From Nymphaea colorata (taxonomy: Eukaryota), in the NCBI RefSeq assembly GCF_008831285.2, contig NC_045138.2, positions 34,286,001-34,350,000 on the forward strand: a stretch of DNA of 64,000 nucleotides. The letters are read 5' to 3'. How positions within the stretch are numbered: the first letter of the stretch is position 1; each line of letters opens with the position of its first letter. Both the position numbers and the translations under genes were made by a program. Positions 54,501-64,000 of the stretch are shown here, piece after piece. The notes beneath the pieces are model-generated. The model had not been told where the DNA came from. It saw only the letters and a program-made list of their open reading frames with translations, and searched no databases.

Positions 54501-57500
54501 CTTCTTATATATAAATATTTTATATTACATGGAACCCTACATATATGTAGGAAATGGGTTAACTAGCCCCATTGTGGAACTGTCTTTATCTGATTTTTCT
54601 CTAACACCTACGTTTTCTCTTACCCTTTTCTTTTTCCTTTTTTCTTTCACAACCATCCTTTCCACCTAAGGATTGACAAATCCCAAGGATGGAAAGGGAC
54701 CTGAAAAACCAGTCCTATAATAGGCCTGGGTTTATTACTACTTCCCGCAAACAGATACATAAATACATATATAGCCTTGCTGCATCCATGGCCAAGTTTA
54801 TTTCAATAGGTGGTGCACTCTCGTTCACATCCAAGCTCATGTGAGAGTGATCATTAATGACTATATACATACATACATACATATATAGCCTGGAAGCCAC
54901 AGCAATTCCATAATTGGTAAATTCTCACTCACACCCATGCTCATGTAACATCGTAACAGTGATGCTCTATGACAAACATCATATCAATTCCCTATCATAA
55001 CGCACTGAGTACTCAGTTCTTAGTTAGCAGATTAATATAACTGACAACCAGATACTGGAAATTCATGCATGTTCAAGAGAAGGACTTCTTGATAAAGAAA
55101 GCTGGAAGGCTGTTTGATGACATTTAGAGAGAATCGTGTAACCTATGTCACACAGGTATGGGGTGTGGATGCAAGTGCTGCAATTTTCAAAAAACCATGG
55201 GTGTTGCAGAAAGGATAAATATATGTATGTGTATGCATAAATAAATACAACGGCTTACAGACAATAAAACTAGCGATAAAATTTTCACAAATAATGAAAT
55301 AACAATTAACGATCAGCAAACTACGGTTGTATCAATGATTCAACGGAAAATAAAAAAATTTGTTTGTTGCTGCACCTATTACTTAAGATGTAACAGATAT
55401 AAGAAGCAAGAATTTAAAGGTACGAGAATATAAATATATCTTTGTTCTAGATGGATGGACAACCACAACTGAGAGCAAACAATGCAAGACTCAATTCCCA
55501 AGTGTAATGATAATAACAACAGCAATAATAATGGTGTTGATGAACATAGTTCTAGCAACAGCAACAACACCATTAGACTATTAATATTATCACTATTATT
55601 ATCACTTACTACTGGGAAAACAATGAAATTATAGGATCAAATCTTGCAATTCAAGTATCAAAGGCAATTTCTCAGAAGAAACTGAACTCTTTAACTATTA
55701 GAGTTTCAACATCAGAACTACAAAATCAAATTTCCAAACCTAAAATAGCAAAGACAAGTAAAGGCCAATCACCTGACTGTTTGAAAGTCAAAATGCATTC
55801 CTCGGCAACATTCACAAGTGATAATCTCCCAAAGCACTCAAAAAGGCTAGTCAGGAACTCTAAGGATGAAACTTTTGTGATATCCACAACTTCCAACAAT
55901 TTCAGGATCTCGTTCTTCTTGTCAGTCTTACAAAATGCCCACAAGTAGTTCTCTGTGAAGGATGCATAGTTAAAAACCATCTCCTTGTTTGCAATTTAGT
56001 TTAAATACAGCAGAATGCATGAGGTAATTAACACTCCTATGGAGAACATTTAAGGCACAAAAGTCCTTCAATGATAGGCATTTTCTCAAAGGTGAGGCTA
56101 CCAATGCAACAAGTCTGAACCAACTCATCATGCGCTGTAAACATCCCATGACAAAATAAGATTTCTCCCAATGTGCATGTGCATGTGTGTGAAACTGTGG
56201 AAAGTACGTGTGTGTGTAACACTTCATAATACATCAGATTTATTGGATGAGACATATTGTATTGGCCCCCTCACCAAACCAATGCAGGAGCCTGTATAGG
56301 ACCTTCGCATATTGGCCATGCAGCATGAATTAGCTGGTTTAGCCTGTGCCAGCCTTTTTTTTAGGAAGACAACAATTTCAAGATCTCATTCTTGCTGTCA
56401 GTCTTACAAAATGCCCACAAGTAGTTCTCTGTGAAGAATGCACAGTTAAAAACCATCTCACTGTTTGCAATTTAGGTTAAATGCAACATAATGCATGAGC
56501 TAATTAACACTCCTATGGAGAACATTTAAGGCACAAAAGACCTTCGATGATAGGCATTTTCTCAAAGGTGAGGCTACCAATGCAACAAGTCTGAACCAAA
56601 TCATTTTGTAAACATCCCATGACAAAATAAGATTTCTCCCAATGTGCATGTGCATGTGTGTGAAATTGTGAAAAGTACATGTGTGTGTGTAACACTTCAT
56701 ACTACATCAGATTTATTGGATGAGACATATTGTATTGGCCCCCTCACCAAATCAATGCAGAAGCCCGTATAGGGACCTTCGCATATTGGCCATGCAGCAT
56801 GACTTAGCTAGTTTAGCCTGTGCCAGACTTTCTTTTAGGAAGATAACAATAAATATTTGTTTCTCAGACATTTCAAATAACAATTTCTTTTAAAATCACC
56901 AATTCAGGCTGATTCATATCTGCCAAAATGACCTAATGCACTGCATTGTTCAGCAACCTGATACAGCTCAACACTGACAAACAAATTCTCGCTTCTCAGA
57001 ATTGTTATCGAACACCTCTCACTCAAGGACAAGTCAAAAAAATATTCCTTGTTCAGGACAGAAGCACAAAGGGAAATGAAGCTAACAAGAAGTTCGGGAG
57101 GGTAAAAGCACAATGCTAGTAAGAAAGAAAGGAGAACTTCACTATCCAATCTGACATGAATGACGCATTGAAGTGTTCGGCTGAATAAGAGACTGACCAC
57201 AACAAAACCAATTACCAGAATTCTACATTACGTTGCTTTCCATGGACATTAATTGAGATTCATAAATTATCAAATGAGACATTAATGCGTAAAAGAAAGC
57301 AAAATGTTGGAAAAGGGACAAAAATAAAAAAGCCATAATGCTTACCAGCGGTCTTCAGATGTTGCTCACTCCTATTTGACTCCACATAACTGCACAGCTG
57401 CTCAATTTTATCATTGTTGTTGACGAGAATCCATAGAAGCATCTCGTAATAACCTATCCTGAAGCATGAACTAGGATTTTCCTCCATTATCAATTTACTA

Positions 57501-59364
57501 AAGGACTGGAATTCCTCTATCATGCCCATGTCAACGAAATACTGAAGCAATGGACCATAGCTTCCTTCTTCAATCGGGAATCCCTGTTCTCTCAATGACT
57601 GTAAAAGTTGTAATGCTTTGTGGATTTGATCTATTGAATCATCCTCTTTAATACAGGTCCTTGCTGTCTCCACACTGAGTTCGATCAGTGCATTGTACTC
57701 TTTGATGCCATTTTCTCGACCCAACTTACTAAACACCTCCAGAGTTGTTTCTGCACCCAATTTCTTTGCACAAGTTCTTATCAACTTTTCGAACCTACGA
57801 CTCTGCATGTGTTTGGATACCCATTTTTGCTTTCTCCCTCTCAGTAGTTCTTTGCGATGCAGTGTGACTGATTTAGAAGTGTTTGAAAACCATGGTATAT
57901 CCAAAATGCTTTCCAGCAACATGACATCTTTGGATGATGAAGAAGGCCGTTCAGAAAGTTCAACAGAAGCACCATCTGAGAATGAAGATCACAAATGTAA
58001 TATTAAAAGTAGAAGAGAGTCAACGTCTCAAGCAACTAGGGGCACAAATTGCATAGGTGGGATCTCAAATTCACTTATTATTTTCCAGTACATGACTACA
58101 CTCGCTTCAGGTTCCAGACAAGCACTTGGGATTTTTTATTCTTGTAGAAAACACAACTTCTTCGGATTTCAGAAGGCACATGCATCCAAGCAACCATCCG
58201 AATGTTTTGCCAGTTGGCACCAAGGAGGACTAAGAGAGTATTGCTCATCGTATCGACGGAGCGATGGAACTCTTCAAGATTGGGCCATGGATCGGCTCAA
58301 AATCTTGTAAGGGAACATGCACGGGAAAGAGTTCGAACCATGAAGGTGCAGACTAATTAGACAAGTACACTAACCTGAAAACAGAGCCCCAAAATTTAAA
58401 TTACGAGAGTGGATAACGACCGAGCATCAAACCCACTAGAAAGCAGAAACCAGCAGCAAAAATATTCCAGCGAAACATTACAAGCACATAACACTAAATA
58501 AGAGTGGACACAGGTCTACAAAACTTGGACAATGAACAAAAACTTCGGTTCTCTGGGTCGTTGATGCACCAGAAAAATCCTTAAGATTTATCTTGTGTAT
58601 CTTCTAATAAACAGGACACATTGCTGACCGCACGCATTGCAGACAGCAGAACAAGAACATCAAAATAATAGCAAAATTTGAGCGTAAATTTGGTGGAAAA
58701 CAACCGTGGGCGGCAAGAACAGGGTCGAGCATAACTAAAAATATGTAATTATACGGTCCCAACAGGAAAAACCTACTCGCTTTTCGCAGGCAATATGCAT
58801 TTTCACAAAACTAAACAATTCCACAAAGCGGATACATTATGAGGAGACAAACAAACAAAGATCGAAAAAGAGAGTAGCTAGAAAATCCACGTATCTTCGT
58901 CCAGTACGTTTCGAAAAAGATAGAAACTAGGAGCAAAATTCTGAAAAGATTGCTCCTAAAAGCAAAGCAACAAAGAGCGTCAAGGACATATGAGCAATGA
59001 AAACCAGCGGTCGGGCAGCGGCCAGACGATACCACACTAGAAAAAAGGTCCCCGGCATTCTTCACCGCCTCGTCTTTCGCAGAAGATGACCCAAAAAATT
59101 AACCATAAGAACAGAAAATCTATACAGGAGCAAGCAGCAAAAATCAATCATATAAACGACGACATAACAGATAACGAATAAGAGGATTAGATAAGTACTC
59201 AATAGGAAGGGGGGCCGCTGCTTAGGTGAAGCAGGGGCGGAACTCGCGGGGGACTGGGGCCACAGGGAGAGGGCTTTGAGCGAAGAGAGGTCCAGGGCTT
59301 CCTCCTGGACGGACTTCTTGGCAGCCTTCAGGGAAGGGAGGAAGAAAGAGGAGAGTTTGCTCAT
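37876..59364 (-). CDS. Pentatricopeptide repeat protein, At4g04790/At4g21880-like (probably mitochondrial), 16 exons, ~822 aa
   Basis: Family motifs LDIPWFSN...RKELLRGRKQKW...KLGRENGIKEYNALI...IGYYEMLLWI and GLAPSRTSLDFLL, plus degenerate PPR repeats. Exons, phase-consistent, sum 2469 nt: 59364-59199, 59073-59005 (tentative), 57975-57346, 55952-55773, 53416-53352, 51962-51855, 49952-49839, 48386-48291, 46956-46858, 43829-43710, 42455-42351, 40420-40256, 40154-40027, 39950-39881, 38829-38612, 38011-37876. Confidence 0.87.
39513..39576. repeat. Compound microsatellite (CT)n(CA)n(TA)n(TG)n
   Basis: Read directly; the CA/TA/TG part is self-complementary. Confidence 0.9.
44380..45060 (-). mobile_element. 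Possible highly decayed LINE 3' remnant
   Basis: Minus-strand fragments SSLIWIGML, ITTKKIYQ and GCCSFCC...H..C loosely resemble the L1 zf-RVT region. Many stops and frameshifts. Confidence 0.25.
45109..46345. mobile_element. Non-autonomous hAT DNA transposon (1237 bp) with a captured gene fragment
   Basis: Left TIR TAGGGCTGAACAACGAGCCGAG; right end reverse-complemented is TAGGGCTGCACACGAGCCGAG. Perfect 8-bp TSD TAGAGAGC at 45101-45108 and 46346-46353. Dense subterminal CTCGA/GCTCG repeats at both ends. No transposase. Confidence 0.93.
46030..46184 (+). pseudogene. Captured fragment of an RmlD/MAT2B-like NAD(P)-binding Rossmann gene (At4g00560-type) inside the hAT element
   Basis: Reads LVGGTG-DVAFTYHS..., then after a frameshift near 46080-46089 LLEALLPSPPRAFKLDLQTGEGLDLIADALGQ. 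This parallels the recalled family N-terminus VGGTGYLGQH...YDVAFTHHS...LLDA...AFxVDLxTGxG...FGQ. Confidence 0.7.
51082..51417. mobile_element. hAT-like MITE (~336 bp)
   Basis: Ends CTACGTCACATGG and GTACCTGTGTCACATAG are imperfect inverted repeats. Subterminal GGGTA(C/T)G and CGTACCC motifs. Flanks CGTGAACG and CTTGAAGG match at 6/8. A related left end, CTATGTCACACAGGTATGG, lies at 55143. Confidence 0.65.
55894..56850. repeat. Recent-looking ~476-bp tandem duplication spanning the PPR intron 3/exon 4 junction
   Basis: 55894-56369 and 56370-~56850 are highly similar throughout. AACAAT occurs at the start, junction and end. Confidence 0.95.
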
Positions 59365-61604
59365 CTGGCTCTCTTCCCCTCACTGCCACCGCCACTGGAG
59401 GGCCATCGCCGGCTCGCGCCAACCGCATGCGGTACAAAACTGTCGAACTTACGACGTCCCCGTTTGGTTATTCGTCCCTCCCTGGCTTCAGCCCTCGCTT
59501 GACGAGGTAGATACTTTGAAGCCACTCCGTCCCCGGACCTCGGTGAGTCGACCCAGGACAGAGAAGGCACCGTCTGGTAACACGGACACTTCTTTTAACC
59601 CATCTTTCTCTTCGGTTGTCATCATCCTGCGTTTCGACTCTACGCCCACCCATTTAACGTGATCATTCAATCCATCATAGACTCATAGCCAATAAAAAAA
59701 ATTATAAGAAAAATGTGAGTTACATTTTCATCATTTAGTCTTAATTTATTTTTTTATCTCAATCATCATTGTACTTTAAATATACGGTTCTAATTAAATG
59801 GCTATGTTTATTATCGTTCATTCACTATATACATGTATATATTATTTTCCATTCAATTTCAACTTTTACAGCAGTGGATAAAACCAAAAGATTATATGGT
59901 TTCGAATTCGATCAAATTGTTTTCTTCTTCTTTTTGTTATTTTTTACGAAAAAGGTATTTGTTTGTCTTCTTTGGTTTGCCCAGTGGAGAATATAGTTGT
60001 GTAATAGTTTACACGAATATATATAGGAAAGACCTGAACTTCCGCTCGAACGTTTTACATGTAAAATCCAAGCTGCGTAAACACCGATGATCGGTCGGTT
60101 TGGTCTATAGTTTAATAAATCAATAACGAGTATGTATGATGTTTCTGAAAGGTTGCATTCATTCATATACTTTACCTAAACTGCAACATTAAAAAGGTGC
60201 ATCGAAATTAGGATCATTACTTTAAAACACGAAGCAAAAAACATAGCATATCTGGTCAGTGTATTCTTAAGCAAGTGATAGGATGCAATGTTCAAGTTGA
60301 AGAATATGTAATTGACATCGTTGACGCCAAAGCATCATAAGACCTCAAAGGTATGAAGAATGAGAGGACATTTAAGCTTTTTTTGTTGGGTAGTGAATGA
60401 TTTATTAACCTTTTGTTCACTCTCAAAAATTACAAGCACATACATAGCGACATATTTTTTTTTTTGTAAGCCATTGTTGGGCTCAAAGGCTGAAAATAAT
60501 TTTATTGCATTTATCATACAATAAGAAAAATACATTTTAAAATTTTATGATGTGATTTGATCGAGTTGTCGAGCCAGGTCCAATTCCAAGTTTACAAACG
60601 ATGAGTTTTGATGAGCATACCGGTAGAGCGACCAAAGAATAAAGTTTGGCTGCAGTGCAGCATACCATATCCGACCAGACCAGCTCCATTAGCAGCACCA
60701 GGGTATTTATGAATCACGTGAACTTTATTTCCTTTATTGTTATTATTTTTAATATTTATTTGTTAACTCCGACTGTTCATTTTACCCTTTTTTAGATTAG
60801 CAAAAATGCGAACATAAAACCATGGATTTATTTTTAAAGACATAAAATCATATTAGAATAAAGGTATTCAAACACCTGCAGGTCAGAGTGAAAGACCAAC
60901 ATAAATGCAATTCAACATTGAAAGGAAGGGCTCGTTATTTCCAAAAAAAAAAAAAGGATGTCCAATATAGGCCACTGCAATCATCAAAGGCCATTTCACA
61001 AAAGTAATGTTTGTTATTTTGAAAGCAGTTTTATGAAACACCAGTACATTACATTTATTACCAAATGACAAATTTAAATTCAAACTTGTGTGGTGTGGGG
61101 TCAATATTTTTATTTATCCTAAACATTTTTTAAAATTTAATAAAACAAAATAACCATGAATTTTTCCAGCAAATTTTTTTTTTTAAAAATGTGTACGGCA
61201 CGTACTAAAAAATCTGAATCGATCACCATTGTGATTAACCAGAAAAGAAGTATCAGCCGTTGAAAAGGAAACAGCAGTTTGCTGGGCACGAAGAATGCAT
61301 GAAATAAAAAGTCTGTATCGTCTTATAAATATTCGCGTTATTTTGCAAGTTTCCTTGATAAGAATGATGGATGGCCCGCTCGGCGAACCCGTTATCGGAA
61401 AACGTCGAGATTCGAACCCGATATTCCAAGTAAAGCGCTCTAAACCGCTGCCGCCAACTCACCTTCTCCGCCACTTCCCGCGGGCACGCATGTTCACGCC
61501 ACCGGCTGCGCCACCGAGAGGGTAACCCCCTCTGTCGCCACCAGTGTCCGTTTCCCCGGTCGCCCACTCTTTGCCCCAAATCAACGGCGGCGGTAGTCAG
61601 CTCG

Positions 61605-63989
61605 ATGGACTCTTCCCATCGACCTGGTGATGCCCAGGCCGCAGACCTCTCTGCCAGCACCACCGATGACTACGTCCACGTTCCGCCTCCCGCTGCCTCC
61701 GGCGAGCCCGATGAAACCCTAGTCCCCGTCGTCGCCGCCCCTTCCGAGGAGCAGTACGAAACAGTGAATCTCATTGCCGATCCACCCTCCGGGGAGCCGG
61801 ACAGTGCCGTGGCCCCCGCAGGCGATGCCTCAACCCGTCGGCCGAACGAAGGCTTAATCCGAGTTGACTCTGCGAGGTCCGAGCCAGAGGAGGAAGGGGC
61901 GGCAGGAGAGCCGCTGTCTCTGGAAGATTCAGAGAGCGAAGAAGCTGAAACGGAGCATGGTTACCTTCCCAGCGAAGAAGACCCTCGAGAATTGGTAGAT
62001 CTTGGGGGTTGGACCGGCGAGAACGTGAAGTTCGAGCTCCCGCCGGAACTCACGAAGAACGTCGTCTTTCTGGAGTGCGAATCATCGGCTCCCGGGGGGG
62101 TCTGCCGGATCTGTTTGGTTGGAACTGCTCACGTGTCGAAGGTAATGTTCTGCGGATTTCTCTTGTGCCCTTGTCAATAGTCACAGCGCCTGTTTACTGG
62201 CCTTTATAAGCCTTTAGGGGAGTATAGTTCGTCGTTCTAATTGATATTGCTCAATGTGTTTTCTCCCACCGATGTCCGATATACTGGAAATTAGATGTGC
62301 GTGTGGATTTCTTGTTAATTGGCGATTCCACTTAAACCGGAATTGCAGTTCAGGTTGAAGGCGCGATTTACTCCACTTCTTCTCGCGGCATTCTGGGCTG
62401 TTTGTCCATACGCTTTCACGGCAGTCAGTTTTTCTCCGACTAACAAAACTTTGATTTGTGCTCGGCAGTAAATCGTGAAACAAATTATTGGCAATCCGTT
62501 GTGAGTGAAATTGTCGGGAAGCTGATGTCATGATCTTATAGGAACAGCCAAACTTAAGGCTCTTAGAACTTTTTTGGGTTGAATGATCCTACTTAAATTT
62601 AGAAATATATATTTCCAGAAGATTGAGGTAGCTTCTGCAACGCCTTGCAACCCTATCTCATGCATACAAATCTTGGTAATTTGTGTTATGTAAAGTGTAA
62701 AGAATTGATGCCCAAAGAATTCCAATGTGGTTGTCTGTGGTACGTTGTGTTGCTTTGCTTAAGTTGATTGGTCATCTTCGGGCTGCTCTAAGATGGCGCT
62801 TCAATTTGCACCCGAGTTCTCTGGCTCTATTCAGATATTTTAGTCAAGTGTTTATCAAATTCATTTAATAGGTTATCCGTTATTCGAAGTAACGAATGGG
62901 CAAATGGATGAAAATTTGTTAATTGCCCATTCCCTAGTAGTGAATAGCCAACGTGCTTTTGATACTACTTTCATTTCAATAATTTCATGTGTATGACACG
63001 TTAATGTGACTGCAGGAATCATGCGATGAAGTTCAAGCGATCATCAATCTCTTGAAACCGCAGGTGCTTCCCTCTTCAAACTCTCCACTTGATTGACCGA
63101 TGGATCATTTAGCAGGTTAGCTGCCTGCATTTAGGTAATTTTTGGTTTTGTTCCTTCAATGCAAAATTCATGAAGATGTTTGCTGCAGGTGGTCTTTTTG
63201 GAGCTATGCTCAAATCGGGTAGCCTTTTTATCTCCCAATGTTCAGGTACCCACATCTCCTCCCTGGTGGACCCCTTTTATTGATCTGTTTTTATCGGTCA
63301 TTTACAGTATTTCAGCAGAGTAATCGCTTTGATTTTTCTGTTTTTAGTACTTCAAGGTACGTTATTGTTGTATGAATTACTTTTGATAACTAATTTGTTT
63401 CTGTTTGTTTAAAAGAACTAACCTACAGGGCCTTCTTGTTGAACCTTTTGAATTTGCAAATTTGCTACGTGTGCATGGTCAATTATTTTCAACAACGGTG
63501 ACTGCACAACTTACCGTTAAAACGTTTTCACATGCGAATGGAGCACACACCATTCCCACATGATATTTTCTTGTTCTGCTTATATTTTCTCTGCTGTCAT
63601 TGCATTGGACTGATTGTGTTCCATTTAAATTTCAGCAAGTCCAGTCACTGCGGGAAATGGTTGATATATGGAAGAAAGGGGAGATGAATCTTTTTGGACT
63701 TCTCTACAGTTGGTTCTTTTCCAAGGCAATGCTATTTCCATGTCATGGCTATAGGTTCTTATTATTTCCGTCAATGACAAGTTTAGATGTTAAGGTTTTA
63801 CATTCTTTGTGGATTTTATTCCATTTGTTCAGCTGGGTCTACTATTTATGTTTTTCTTTCGGACCGAAACATTGTATGTTGCAGGTCGCAAACCAACTTG
63901 AAGTGACACCTGGTGCTGAGTTCCGTACAGCTTATGAAGCAGCAATTAGTTACGGGGCAAGGGTTATACTCGGTGATCGTCCTATCAAG
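61605..63989 (+). CDS. TraB domain-containing protein (plant TRB1/TRB2-like), 5' part; gene continues past the right edge
   Basis: Acidic N-terminus, then TraB motifs LVGTAHVSK-ESC...V...I..LKPQ-VVFLELC..R and PGAEFR.AYE.A..YGA.VILGDRPI. Exons: 61605-62141, 63016-63063, 63189-63245, 63636-63725, 63885-63989. Confidence 0.9.
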
Positions 63990-64000
63990 GTAATCTGATG

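Noticed and set aside
57693..58310. 205-aa plus-strand ORF
   Set aside because: Its first half is antisense to PPR exon 3, it starts at TTG, and it has no recognisable motif.
58112..58375. Possible extra PPR exon after the TTTCAG acceptor near 58375
   Set aside because: Stops appear in the frames examined, and the gene model is phase-consistent at the expected length without it.

Overview
Flowering-plant nuclear DNA (GT-AG spliced genes, long AT-rich introns, TE relics); the species cannot be determined from the sequence alone. I assembled six protein-coding genes by hand with splice phases checked: exon 1 of an ATG18f-like autophagy gene (-, runs off the left edge); a 20-exon ~1202-aa chorein-N/UHRF1BP1(BLTP3)-like lipid-transfer gene (+); an intronless CRR41-like chloroplast NDH assembly gene (+); an 11-exon CCCH zinc-finger gene (-); a 16-exon ~822-aa At4g04790/At4g21880-type PPR gene (-); and the 5' part of a TraB-domain gene (+, runs off the right edge). 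Product names come from my recall of family sequences, not from a database search. I see no clearly new multi-gene system. The most interesting signals are intronic: a non-autonomous hAT element carrying an apparent captured RmlD/MAT2B-like gene fragment, a short CRM-like LTR element with intact TSD, a tandem duplication that copied a splice acceptor in the PPR gene, and a GC-AG intron plus a candidate 9-nt microexon in the TraB gene.
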